Source: Synechococcus sp. (lineage in GTDB: Bacteria > Cyanobacteriota > Cyanobacteriia > Thermostichales > PCC-7336). Taken from it: a DNA stretch of 25,187 bases. The translations under genes and the position numbers were made by a program. The stretch spans positions 1-25,187 of the forward strand of contig JBFRWD010000055.1 in assembly GCA_051439425.1 (NCBI GenBank). Direction: 5' to 3'. Below the pieces are notes generated by a model. That model did no database searches and was not told the DNA's origin. It saw nothing but the letters and a program-made list of their open reading frames with translations. Positions 9,336 through 18,891 of the stretch are shown one piece after another. Position 1 is the first letter of the stretch, and each line of letters starts with the position of its first letter.

Positions 9336-10787
9336 ATGCCAGAGTGGGCATCGCTACAAGACGACCTCAACTTTCAGCGCGCCAGAGAAAGCCTGCACAA
9401 GCTGATTGCATCCATCGATCTTAACCCTGCCGAGAAGGCTGGGTTAGAGCGGGATTTGAGCGAGTTGGAGACGTTTAGCAGCAAGCTCGAAAACGAAGTT
9501 ATTCAAATTGCGGCCTTCGGGCGTGTCGGTACTGGCAAGTCTTCGCTACTGAATGCGTTGGTTGGTCAACCCGTGTTCGAAACGGGTCCTATTCATGGGG
9601 TCACCCAACGGCAACAGGCGGTTGAGTGGGACATTCATCGAGACACGATTCCGTATCGCGGACCTGCGAGCGATCGCCCCTTCGAGCAAACGAGCAATCC
9701 CAATCATTCGGGAGCCGCGATTGTGCGTGTTACTGCTCCTCACATCGGTGGAGCCAAGCTGCAGCTACTCGATACCCCCGGCATTGACGAAGTGGATGGG
9801 GAAGCCAGAGCTGATTTAGCCCGCCAGGTGGCTCGCCAAGCCGAGCTGATTCTGTTTGTGGTTGCTGGAGATATTACCCGTGTTGAATTTGACGCGCTGG
9901 CGGCGTTGCGGGAGGCGAGCAAGCCGATTCTGTTAGTGTTCAACAAGGTTGACCAATTTCCGGAAGCAGATCGCCTCACGGTCTACAACAAAATTCGCAA
10001 CGAGCGTGTCAGAGAGATCCTGTCTCCAGACGAAGTCGTCATGGCAGCGGCGACGCCGAAAGTGGCGAAGCCGGTGGTGAATCGCGATGGCTCGCTGTCT
10101 GCTCGACTGGTGGATGCTCCGCCGCAGGTAGAGCAACTGAAGCTGAAGATTTTGAACGTGTTGCATCGGGAGGGGCGATCGCTGATGGCCCTGAATACGT
10201 TGCTGTTTGCGGACGAAGTGAATGAGGCGATCGTCAAACGTAAGCTGGAGATTCGTAGCGAGTTGGCAGAAAAGCTGGTGTGGAACGCCGCTCGCATTAA
10301 GGCGATGGCGGTTGCCTTTAACCCCGTTACCGTTCTGGACACGATTGGTGGGGCAGTGGTGGATGTGGTGCTGATCTTAAAACTGTCACAGCTCTACGGC
10401 ATTCCCATGACTCGGACCGGCGCTACCAAGCTGCTGAAGACGATCGCGCTCGGGATGGGCAGCATTGGGGCAGGTGAAATGCTGGCGACGTTGGGGTTGG
10501 GATCTTTGAAGTCGTTCTTTGGCGGTGCGGCTCCGTTGACGGGGGGCTTGTCGTTGGGGGCGTATGCGTCTGTGGCGGCGACGCAGGCGGCAGTGGCTGG
10601 GGTGTCGTCGTATGCGATCGGGAAAGCGACGGCATATTACTTAGCGCGTGGGGCATCGTGGGGGCCACAGGGGCCGAAATCAACAATCGCTCAAATTCTC
10701 GAAACGGTAGACGATGAATCGATTGTGGCTCGCATCAAGGGGGAGCTGTCGTCCAAGATTCAGACCAAGCCAGAGGGGACAGAGTAA
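9336..10787 (+). CDS. GTP-binding protein with C-terminal DUF697/YcjF-like domain
   Basis: G1 GRVGTGKSS, G3 DTPG, G4 NKVD and a hydrophobic Gly/Ala-rich C-terminal domain. Confidence 0.85.
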   Translation: MPEWASLQDDLNFQRARESLHKLIASIDLNPAEKAGLERDLSELETFSSKLENEVIQIAAFGRVGTGKSSLLNALVGQPVFETGPIHGVTQRQQAVEWDIHRDTIPYRGPASDRPFEQTSNPNHSGAAIVRVTAPHIGGAKLQLLDTPGIDEVDGEARADLARQVARQAELILFVVAGDITRVEFDALAALREASKPILLVFNKVDQFPEADRLTVYNKIRNERVREILSPDEVVMAAATPKVAKPVVNRDGSLSARLVDAPPQVEQLKLKILNVLHREGRSLMALNTLLFADEVNEAIVKRKLEIRSELAEKLVWNAARIKAMAVAFNPVTVLDTIGGAVVDVVLILKLSQLYGIPMTRTGATKLLKTIALGMGSIGAGEMLATLGLGSLKSFFGGAAPLTGGLSLGAYASVAATQAAVAGVSSYAIGKATAYYLARGASWGPQGPKSTIAQILETVDDESIVARIKGELSSKIQTKPEGTE

Positions 10788-10854
10788 GGCCGAGGATCGA
10801 CTGCAAGTTTCCAGAATTCAGACGATCTGGAATGCTGCTCGTATTCCAATGCTC

Positions 10855-10880
10855 AAAAAGGACTCCCTTGTGGGAGTCCT
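10855..10880 (-). terminator. Rho-independent terminator after rpsD
   Basis: Minus strand AGGACTCCC acaa GGGAGTCCT TTTT. Confidence 0.85.
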
Positions 10881-10906
10881 CCATCGCTGAAGTTGGAGTG
10901 TGGGTA

Positions 10907-11518
10907 CTAGATCTTACGGGAGTAGTATTCCACCACCAGTAGCTCGTTTACAGGAGCGCAGACAGCTTCACGAGGGGGCATTTCTTTGATGCGACCCTTG
11001 AGGGCGTCTTTGTCGAATTCGAGGTAGTCGGGCAGGAACAGGCCGGGGAAGTCGGCGTAGTTTGCAACCAACTTGCGGGAGGTGTCGGTGTCGCGCACGG
11101 TGATGACATCACCCACTTTGCATTCGTAGCTGGGGATGGTGACCTTACGGCCGTTGACCAGGATGTGACCGTGATTGACCACCTGACGGGCGGCGGGGAT
11201 GGTGGGACCCATGCCCATACGAAAGACGATGCAGTCCAAACGCATTTCCAGGAGCTGCAGCAGCATCAAACCGGTAGAACCTTTGGATCGACGAGCACGC
11301 TTCATATAGCGCACCATCTGCTTTTCGGTGACGCCGTAGTTGTAGCGAACCTTCTGCTTCTCCTCAAGACGAACCGCATATTCCGACTTCTTCTTGCGGG
11401 CAGCGCCGTGCTGTCCGGGAGGATTGGTGTTCTTGGGGCGCTTGCGGGTTAGACCGGGGAGGTCGAGACCGCCAAAACGGCGAACAACTTTCAGGCGAGG
11501 GCCTGTGAAGCGGGACAT
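10907..11518 (-). CDS. rpsD: 30S ribosomal protein S4
   Basis: [64 protein letters not shown]. Confidence 0.98.
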   Translation of the reverse strand: MSRFTGPRLKVVRRFGGLDLPGLTRKRPKNTNPPGQHGAARKKKSEYAVRLEEKQKVRYNYGVTEKQMVRYMKRARRSKGSTGLMLLQLLEMRLDCIVFRMGMGPTIPAARQVVNHGHILVNGRKVTIPSYECKVGDVITVRDTDTSRKLVANYADFPGLFLPDYLEFDKDALKGRIKEMPPREAVCAPVNELLVVEYYSRKI

Positions 11519-11752
11519 GCAGGGTTCTCCAGAGCGATGGTTAGAATATAGAGATGCTGCAGTATTCGAGCAGCGATCTATTATCCTACTCGTTTAGTGT
11601 CAGTCCGTACAGCTTGAATGCAAAAAAGTTTGTTGGCTATGCTCGATTAGGGAAAGCTCCCGGTTTCAGCCTATCCCGCCGGCAGGCCGACCCGATTAGT
11701 TTCGCTTGTTTCTCAATAGTTCTACTTCTCAATAGTTCGCGATAAGGAATGA

Positions 11753-12961
11753 ATGATGAGGTTGATGCGATCGCTAGCAGCGCTAGCACTATCCATTCTG
11801 ATTGCTGGCTCTAGCTTTATGCTTCCGGTGGTGGCTAGAACTCACCTAACGCTTGCCCAAAGCCAAGCGACGGGAGAGCCATTATTCGCCAATTTAGATA
11901 GCTCGGCTAACCAGTCGGTGATCGCCGATAACTTTGTGGTCCGGGCCGTCAAGCGGGTGGAACCTGCGGTAGTGCGGATTGACACGGAGCGTACCGAAAC
12001 TCGTCAGGTGAGATCGCCGCTATCTCCGTTTTCTCGCGACCCGTTTTTCCGAGATTTCTTTGGAGAGGATTTCTTCTCGCAAATCCCTGAAGAACGGGAG
12101 TATCACACTCGTGGTCAGGGGTCAGGGTTCATTGTGGATGAGTCGGGCATTGTGGTGACCAACGCTCACGTGGTCGATCGCGCCGATACTGTCTCGGTGC
12201 ATTTAACTGACGGGCGCACGTTTAAGGGGGAAGTGCGCGGAGTGGATGAAGTTCAGGATTTGGCGATCGTCAAGATTAATGGTTCCGATCTTCCGATTGC
12301 TCCGGTGGGGGATTCGGACGCGGTGAAGGTGGGAGACTGGGCGATCGCGTTGGGGAACCCGCTGGGATTGGACAGTACGGTGACTTTGGGGATTGTCAGC
12401 ACGCTCGATCGCTCTAGCGCCGAGGTGGGTATTTCCGATAAGCGTTTGGACTTTATTCAAACGGATGCGGCGATTAATCCGGGTAATTCGGGCGGGCCGC
12501 TCTTGAATAAGAATGGCGAGGTGATTGGCATCAATACTGCCATTCGTGCCAATGCTCAGGGGATTGGGTTTGCGATTCCGATTGCGACGGAGCAGGCGAT
12601 TCAGACTCGCTTGGTGAGGGGGGAAGCGATCGAGCATCCATATATAGGTGTGAATTTGGTGACGCTGACGCCGGATGTGCGCGAGCGGTTCAATAGCAAT
12701 CCGAATGGGTTGTTTGTGGAGCGGGATTCTGGCGTGCTGGTAGTGCAGGTGGTTCCCGATTCTCCGGCTGCGGCTGCGGGGTTGCGGGCGGGTGATGTGA
12801 TTGTGAAAATCGGTCGCCGAGGGATTGCTTCGGCTTCAGATGTTCAAGCGGCTGTCGAGTCGGTTGGTGTTGGCCGGAATTTGCGTGTTGAAGTTGAGCG
12901 CAATGGTAACCCGAGAACGGTACAGGTTCAGACAACGAACTTGGTAGCAAAAGCCGGATAA
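11753..12961 (+). CDS. HtrA/DegP-family serine protease with single PDZ domain (HhoA/HhoB-like)
   Basis: Catalytic triad motifs TNAHVV, DLAIVKI and INPGNSGGPLLN, a signal peptide and a C-terminal PDZ (PDSPAAAAGLRAGDVI). Confidence 0.93.
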   Translation: MMRLMRSLAALALSILIAGSSFMLPVVARTHLTLAQSQATGEPLFANLDSSANQSVIADNFVVRAVKRVEPAVVRIDTERTETRQVRSPLSPFSRDPFFRDFFGEDFFSQIPEEREYHTRGQGSGFIVDESGIVVTNAHVVDRADTVSVHLTDGRTFKGEVRGVDEVQDLAIVKINGSDLPIAPVGDSDAVKVGDWAIALGNPLGLDSTVTLGIVSTLDRSSAEVGISDKRLDFIQTDAAINPGNSGGPLLNKNGEVIGINTAIRANAQGIGFAIPIATEQAIQTRLVRGEAIEHPYIGVNLVTLTPDVRERFNSNPNGLFVERDSGVLVVQVVPDSPAAAAGLRAGDVIVKIGRRGIASASDVQAAVESVGVGRNLRVEVERNGNPRTVQVQTTNLVAKAG

Positions 12962-12990
12962 ATTTTCTCAGTCGCTCCATGGCTGGTGCG

Positions 12991-13024
12991 AGGCGATGCT
13001 ACAAATTCGCGTCGCCTTTTCTTT
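12991..13024 (+). terminator. Probable terminator after the protease gene
   Basis: AGGCGATGC tacaaattc GCGTCGCCT TTTCTTT: 9-bp stem with one G-U pair and a U-rich tail. Confidence 0.65.
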
Positions 13025-13142
13025 CGAAAATTTCTCCTCAACATTAGGGGGAAAACGAGACTAAGGTTAGTGGAGACTGAAGATCTTCGACAGTGATAGT
13101 TCGATCTAGCTTCTAAGGTAAAACTCTGGCATTACAGCAAGA

Positions 13143-13475
13143 ATGACATCTGCAGAAATCACACTACCGGTTGAGGAAATAGCTGACTTTTGTCACAAAT
13201 GGCAGGTGATAGAACTATCCTTTTTTGGCTCTGTCTTGCGCGATAACTTCCGCCCCGACAGCGATATCGATGTCATGGTGCAGTTCCATCCCGATGCTCG
13301 CCCCACATTTAGCACTCTCGACAAGATGGAAGCAGAACTGAAAAGTATCTTTCACAGAGATGTTGACCTTGTTACCCGTCAGGGCATAGAAACCAGCCGC
13401 AACTACCTCCGCCGTAACGAAGTCCTGTCCTCCGCTCAGGTGATATATGCAACGGGATCTTTAATTCCTGCTTGA
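13143..13475 (+). CDS. Minimal nucleotidyltransferase (MNT/MntA) antitoxin
   Basis: 110 aa with the GSX10DXD motif (GSVLRDNFRPDSDID) and downstream RDVDLVT. Confidence 0.9.
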   Translation: MTSAEITLPVEEIADFCHKWQVIELSFFGSVLRDNFRPDSDIDVMVQFHPDARPTFSTLDKMEAELKSIFHRDVDLVTRQGIETSRNYLRRNEVLSSAQVIYATGSLIPA

Positions 13476-13700
13476 GCCGTAATTCGCCGACTGCTAATCG
13501 TCGCTGAAGCCGCAAGACGAGTATCGGAAGCCAAACGCCAATCGCTGCCAAACATCTCGTGGCAAGAAATCAACGGTATGCGCAATCGGCTCGTGCACGA
13601 ATATGACGACGTCAATCTCGATATCGTCTGGAACGTTATTCAGTCCGAGATACCGACATTAATTCAGGAACTGAAACCACAAGTCCCTCCGGAATCATGA
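13447..13700 (+). pseudogene. HEPN/DUF86 (HepT-type) ribonuclease toxin, disrupted
   Basis: ATG 13447 overlapping the MNT 3' end reads MQRDL*FLL (TAA 13462-13464). The homologous body continues in another frame from 13476: AVIRRLLIVAEAARRVSEAKRQSLPNISWQEINGMRNRLVHEYDDVNLDIVWNVIQSEIPTLIQELKPQVPPES*, containing the RX4HXY motif. Confidence 0.88.
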
Positions 13701-13706
13701 AGGCGT

Positions 13707-14840
13707 TTACCGATCGCCGGCTTGCACGCGAATCAGCTTTTGCACCGCCCCCACCGCAGGATTCAACTCGTAACTTCTCCGCTTGGGATGCGACTCAAAC
13801 GACGCCTGCTCCTCCTCAATCATCAACACATCCTGCTCCACCAACCCTGCCAACAACCCGCGCGCCGCATTAAAACAGCGATCCTTCACCCACCGCCGAA
13901 ACCCCACCGGCAACTTGTGCAACCGCCAAAATGGCTTCAACGACGTGAAATGCATCAAGTACGCCCGAGTCTGCGTTTCGCTCACCGGACAAAACAAACA
14001 GACAATCTTGAACTCATCCCCCAACGTCGCCACCCAATTGGGATAGACATAACTGACATCCAACGGCGCAGGATGCAACTTGCGTAAGGATTTAAAAAAG
14101 AGCTGGCTGATGGAATAAATCTTGTCGATGGTGTAGTAACTTTCTGCATCGTAATGGGCATCCACCCGCCCTGCTCCAGACTCCAAACTAGCCAGCTTCG
14201 GATTGGCCCACGCCTGCAAATCGTCATGCAAATGCCCGTGATACATATCCATCAAATTCTCAATCAAGAAGGAAAAATGCGCCTTCACATCAACCGGCGT
14301 CACCGCCGCAATGTAATTCAAATGCTCCCACTCCGGTAACGGCAACGGTCGGCATCCATCCGCCAGCTCCACATCCCCCGGAAACACCCAAATAAACCCA
14401 TCCTGCTCCAACACCGGAAAGCAACGCACCCCGCAGCGAGGCAACCGCTGCTTCTCCCCCAAATAGGGCACATCCACACAGCGCCCCTCCCCATCAAATC
14501 CCCAGCCGTGATAAGCACACACCAAGCGATCGCCTACCACCTGCCCGTGACTGAGCTGCACCTGCCGATGAGGACAGCGATTCTCCAACGCCCGCACCCC
14601 ATCGCCATCCCGAAACAACACGATGGATTGATGCCACAGCGTGATCGCTAACGGGCGATCGCCCAACTCCACATCCCGAGCCACCGCATACCAATGGTTG
14701 GGATTAATCGCCGCCCGCCGCAACACAAATGGCTGGCGTGTGTCTTGTGGTTGGTCGATGTCGCGATCGAGAGTTACCGAGTCAACACCCCGTTTGTCCT
14801 CAAGCTTCACGTCCGAAATCTTGCGCAAATGAGCCGTCAT
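13707..14840 (-). CDS. cruH: Rieske non-heme iron oxygenase, probable CruH-type carotenoid chi-ring C18 hydroxylase
   Basis: Rieske ligands CPH..CAYH and mononuclear iron motif ENLMDMYHGHLH..EQD. Lies 19 nt downstream of the cruE-like gene with a GGAGG RBS. The family is clear; the cruH symbol is inferred from context. Confidence 0.65.
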   Translation of the reverse strand: MTAHLRKISDVKLEDKRGVDSVTLDRDIDQPQDTRQPFVLRRAAINPNHWYAVARDVELGDRPLAITLWHQSIVLFRDGDGVRALENRCPHRQVQLSHGQVVGDRLVCAYHGWGFDGEGRCVDVPYLGEKQRLPRCGVRCFPVLEQDGFIWVFPGDVELADGCRPLPLPEWEHLNYIAAVTPVDVKAHFSFLIENLMDMYHGHLHDDLQAWANPKLASLESGAGRVDAHYDAESYYTIDKIYSISQLFFKSLRKLHPAPLDVSYVYPNWVATLGDEFKIVCLFCPVSETQTRAYLMHFTSLKPFWRLHKLPVGFRRWVKDRCFNAARGLLAGLVEQDVLMIEEEQASFESHPKRRSYELNPAVGAVQKLIRVQAGDR

Positions 14841-14859
14841 CGCTTGCCCTCCTGCTCCC

Positions 14860-16794
14860 TCAAATCTGCAACACCCCTTCCGGCATCACGCTCATCAACA
14901 CCCGTCGCTGCAACCCCTCCCGCTGCAAAATCTCATTCGTCGCCAGCAACCCACTACTCACCGCCCGCTCCATCAACCCGCACGGAAACGGCATCTTCAC
15001 CCAATCCCCCGCAAACATCAAATTGGACGTAGACGTACCGCTAGTGGGTCGAGTGGCATTACTCCCCGGCGGGAACCCGGCAAAGTTCTTCTGATTAACC
15101 AACTCCCGATGCAGCATCGTCGCCTCCGCCAGCTCCGGAACAATTTCGTACAACTCCTGCTCAAATGTATCCAGTAAATCCTGCTGGGTGGGAAACTCCG
15201 CTTCCTTGTAGCAATAGGCGTGCAGCTCCACCACACTCCCCCCAGTCCGCTGCGCCCAGTCCGCATAATCCTCCTGAATGCGGTGGTACAGCGTAATGCT
15301 GTCCGTCAGCCGATATCCCGACAGCGACGTAAACGAACTAAACTCCCAGTCAAAATCTTGGTCAAACCACATCCGCGTCACTGCAAACGGATCGGCCACT
15401 TCCAAGCCATCCACCCGCTTCTGCAACGCCGTATCCACCTCTCCTGACGACAGCGAAAACAGATGCCGAATGCCCGGCACATCCGCCGCAAACACGTAAT
15501 AATCCGTAGCCAGCGCTAGCTCCTCCTGCGGCTGCGGATCGCTCGCCACCAACTGCACTGCATTGCCCTCAGTTGCCACAGCATCAAATCGTTCTAAATC
15601 TCTCCGGGCCGGGCCGCTCACCACTTTCCCATCCCCATCAAACACCGCCCCATGACAGGGACAGTGGAAACAGCCATCGTCACCCGCCTGAACAGTGCAT
15701 CCCTGGTGGGTACAAGTCAGCGACATCACCCCATTGCCATCTGAGGTCGCCGCATATTCGCAATCACCCGCCCCATAAACCGTTCGCCCATCCTCGCTCA
15801 GCAGGTTGTTACGCTCGACCCAAAAGGGCACTGCACTATTGCTTGTCCCGACGTGATAGTTCAGTCCTGCAATCTCCCCCTGTTCCCACTGCACTTCGCT
15901 GACAGTAGCTTCTGTCAGGATCTGTCCTCCATTGGCACGAATAGCATCCGCGATCGGCTCCACCAAGCTGCGCCCCATATCCTGACGCGACCCCTCAAAC
16001 GCCAACCCCTCCGGATTGCCGAAAAAGTAGAAGTGGAAAAACTGCATCAACTCCCCTGCACTAAGGCGATCGGGGGCATTCAAACTAGATTTAGCAAACG
16101 GCAGAAAATAGAGGTCATACAAACCATGTGGGAAGTCACTTTTCACCCACTCCGCCACAGAGATATCGTCCAGCCGCTCGTAACTTTTTACCGGCTGGAA
16201 TCCCACAATTTCCCGAAATACCTTCCAGTGGGAGAGCTTGGTTAAGTTGATGCCCCAGCGCAGCGAATTGCGGGACGACACCCCCAAATCCACAACATTC
16301 CACGGAAACGCCGAATGACTTGGCTTAAAAATCTCGGGCTTATACCCATCGCGATACACAACCGCATAGGATTCCAGCGAAACGAAATTCTTGCGAATCG
16401 ACAGCTCCCGCTCGATGCTCTTGAGGTTGTAGTACTGAGGGAAAAATCCGTGGAAGCCATGCTCCATTCGCATTGACTCGTCACCCACCTGAATATCCCA
16501 ACTGGCAATCTTGCCCCCCAACTGCGGCGCTTTCTCCAGCAGCGTCACCTCGAATCCCCGCTGACTCAATTCGTACGCCGATGCCAAGCCCGCCAGTCCG
16601 CCACCGATGACCGCGACCGTCTTGCGATCGCTCACCTTGCGCGGCAATGTCAGAGCATCCTGCTGATGCAAGCTGGGTTCAGGCTTGTGAACGCGGCTGT
16701 AACCTACCGTGCCAACAGCTGTAGACAGCCCTGCAAATTGCAAAAAGTGGCGACGAGATAGGGAGCGATCGAGTAAGTGATTGTGGAAGTGCAT
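14860..16794 (-). CDS. cruE: FAD-dependent carotenoid desaturase/methyltransferase with internal Rieske domain (CruE/CrtU family)
   Basis: GGGLAG dinucleotide motif, EHGFHGFFPQYYNL, inserted Rieske motif CTHQGC..CPCHG, C-terminal FAGDW..LMERAV and N-terminal SRRHFLQ. The 644-aa architecture matches my recollection of CruE/CrtU. Confidence 0.78.
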   Translation of the reverse strand: MHFHNHLLDRSLSRRHFLQFAGLSTAVGTVGYSRVHKPEPSLHQQDALTLPRKVSDRKTVAVIGGGLAGLASAYELSQRGFEVTLLEKAPQLGGKIASWDIQVGDESMRMEHGFHGFFPQYYNLKSIERELSIRKNFVSLESYAVVYRDGYKPEIFKPSHSAFPWNVVDLGVSSRNSLRWGINLTKLSHWKVFREIVGFQPVKSYERLDDISVAEWVKSDFPHGLYDLYFLPFAKSSLNAPDRLSAGELMQFFHFYFFGNPEGLAFEGSRQDMGRSLVEPIADAIRANGGQILTEATVSEVQWEQGEIAGLNYHVGTSNSAVPFWVERNNLLSEDGRTVYGAGDCEYAATSDGNGVMSLTCTHQGCTVQAGDDGCFHCPCHGAVFDGDGKVVSGPARRDLERFDAVATEGNAVQLVASDPQPQEELALATDYYVFAADVPGIRHLFSLSSGEVDTALQKRVDGLEVADPFAVTRMWFDQDFDWEFSSFTSLSGYRLTDSITLYHRIQEDYADWAQRTGGSVVELHAYCYKEAEFPTQQDLLDTFEQELYEIVPELAEATMLHRELVNQKNFAGFPPGSNATRPTSGTSTSNLMFAGDWVKMPFPCGLMERAVSSGLLATNEILQREGLQRRVLMSVMPEGVLQI

Positions 16795-17021
16795 CTACAA
16801 AAAGACTCGATAGAGACACAAAAGAAAAGCGCATTAAGTAATGCTTAAAGTCCCGACTTCGCCAATACGATCCGCTGAACGTCAATGTGCGATCTTAACG
16901 GCAGCAAAATCGAGAAAAACTCTGCCTATAGCGTATCCTTTACTCCTGATAGTAGCTAGACGCCACCGATTGAGCGAGCCATACTGGCTAATCATAGAGA
17001 ATACCGGGGGGATGGAGCGCT

Positions 17022-17798
17022 ATGCAGCGATTTTGGGGCGAAACTCTTGCCGTTGCCCGCCGAATTTCAATCGAATTGCTACGCCGTCGTCGCAGTTTAA
17101 TTTTTTGGGGAATCTTTCCATTAATTTTACTTTTGCTTAACGGTTCTATCTTGGCGGAGCGCCGACAAATTGAACTGGCTGAAGCATTAGGACTGGCAGC
17201 ACCTGTCACATTGGTCGGAGCCGCACTATTTTTTAGTTGTTTGGGTGGCAGCGTCGCGATTGTGGTGGCCGAGCGAGAGCAACAGACTCTCAAGCGACTG
17301 TTCGTGTCTCCCCTCAGCGGTACGGCCTACTTCTGCGGCATCTTTGCAGCTCATTTTGCCATTGGTCTCGGACAAACGTTGCTAGTGGCGACCTCTGCTA
17401 TTGTGCTGGGAGCAACGCTGACTGGCTCTCTCTCCTGGAGCTTTCTCACCTTAGTACTCAGCGTCCTCAGCTACGTCGGCGTCGGGTTTATCCTGGGTAC
17501 TCAGCTGGCCCGCCGCACGGAAGACGTTAACGCCTTAGTCGCCACGTTTGGCGTTCCTTTACTGGTGTTAGGTGGCACATTTGTTCCAGCCTTTTTGTTT
17601 CCGGAACACCTGCTGGCGATCGCTCAATTCAATCCCATCTACCACATGAATGAAGCCATACTGGCAGCAACGGACGCTACTCCTGATTGGCCGGATTTTG
17701 CTCCCCATCTGTGGGTGTTGGGTTTATTCGCCGCTGCCTCGGTTCTCTTTGGTTGGCTATCCTATCGCCGCATGTTAATTCAGGAGCGCAGTTTGTAA
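17022..17798 (+). CDS. ABC-2 type exporter permease
   Basis: About 6 TM segments and the motifs AEREQQTLKRLFVSPL, LGGTFVP and NPIYH. Confidence 0.88.
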   Translation: MQRFWGETLAVARRISIELLRRRRSLIFWGIFPLILLLLNGSILAERRQIELAEALGLAAPVTLVGAALFFSCLGGSVAIVVAEREQQTLKRLFVSPLSGTAYFCGIFAAHFAIGLGQTLLVATSAIVLGATLTGSLSWSFLTLVLSVLSYVGVGFILGTQLARRTEDVNALVATFGVPLLVLGGTFVPAFLFPEHLLAIAQFNPIYHMNEAILAATDATPDWPDFAPHLWVLGLFAAASVLFGWLSYRRMLIQERSL

Positions 17799-18712
17799 TG
17801 TTGCATCTCGATCGGGTGAGCAAAGCATTCGGAGATCGCCAAGTTCTCGACGCCCTTTCCTTTCACGTCAATCCCGGAGAAATCTACGGGCTGCTGGGCC
17901 CCAACGGTGCGGGCAAGACTACCACTATTAATCTGATTTGCCATCTGCTAAATACCGACAGCGGCAACATCACCCTGAACGAACAGCCCATCTCCCACAG
18001 CACCAAAGCCCTAGTAGGGTTGGCTCCGCAAGATAACCTGCTGTACCGCAGCCTCACCTGTGCCGAAAATCTCAATTTCTTTGCCCGAATTTACGGCCTC
18101 AGCCGCCAACAGCGCCGCCAGAAAATCGCCAGTTGCTTAGCAGCCGTTAACTTAACAGAACGTGCCGACAGCGTTGTGTCTACCCTCAGTGGTGGTATGC
18201 AGCGCAGGCTGAACATCGCGATCGCTCTCGTTCACAATCCTCAACTGGTCATCCTGGACGAACCCACCACCGGCCTCGATATCGAAGCCCGCCAAGACAT
18301 CTGGCAACTGATCCGAAAGCTGAAGCAACAGAATATTGCCGTTCTGCTCACCACCCACATGTTGGAAGAAGCCGAACGGTTGTGCCATCGGATTGGGATT
18401 TTGAAAGCGGGGGCGATCGCAGCCGAAGGCTCTCTCGACCAACTGAAAGATTTGGTGTCGGCCCGCGAAATTGTCACCATTAGTACTGGAGAGCCGGAGC
18501 GAGCTATTTCTAGAGCTCGGGAGTTGGGGTGGAAGCACCGATTTTACGGAGATGAGCTGGCCCTTCTATTGCCCGAGCCACTGGAACTTCGCACTTTACT
18601 CGATCGATTGGCTGACATTTCCTTAGACTCTGCCATCCGACAGCCAGTTCAACTGGAACATGTCTACTGGGAAGTCGTCCAAACCGCCAAGCCCGCTACG
18701 ATCGCTTGCTAA
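17798..18712 (+). CDS. ABC transporter ATP-binding protein (DrrA/CcmA-like)
   Basis: Walker A GPNGAGKTT, signature LSGGMQ, Walker B ILDEPT and H-loop TTH. Start is ATG 17798, overlapping the permease stop (TAATG). Confidence 0.93.
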   Translation: MLHLDRVSKAFGDRQVLDALSFHVNPGEIYGLLGPNGAGKTTTINLICHLLNTDSGNITLNEQPISHSTKALVGLAPQDNLLYRSLTCAENLNFFARIYGLSRQQRRQKIASCLAAVNLTERADSVVSTLSGGMQRRLNIAIALVHNPQLVILDEPTTGLDIEARQDIWQLIRKLKQQNIAVLLTTHMLEEAERLCHRIGILKAGAIAAEGSLDQLKDLVSAREIVTISTGEPERAISRARELGWKHRFYGDELALLLPEPLELRTLLDRLADISLDSAIRQPVQLEHVYWEVVQTAKPATIAC

Positions 18713-18891
18713 AAAGTAGCCCGAGCTCGATTGCTCTCACCCTCCCTTACTCTTGCGCTCACATCCATCCTGTCCCCCGTTGACAGTCTGAGCTGCGATC
18801 GAGATCTCATCCCCCCAGCGAGCACCATCACGCCGTATACCATCCGCAAAGCCTAGGGTGTACTCATCCCGTTGCTCGTTGAGGTAACACC

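Noticed and set aside
13722..16245. Many Pro/His/Gln/Thr-rich plus-strand ORFs
   Set aside because: Antisense shadows of cruE/cruH produced by the strong C/A bias of this strand.
18845..18858. CGCAAAGCCTAGGG resembling part of a c-di-GMP-I (GEMM) riboswitch
   Set aside because: The upstream GGCAAAC and GNRA-capped P2 stem are absent.
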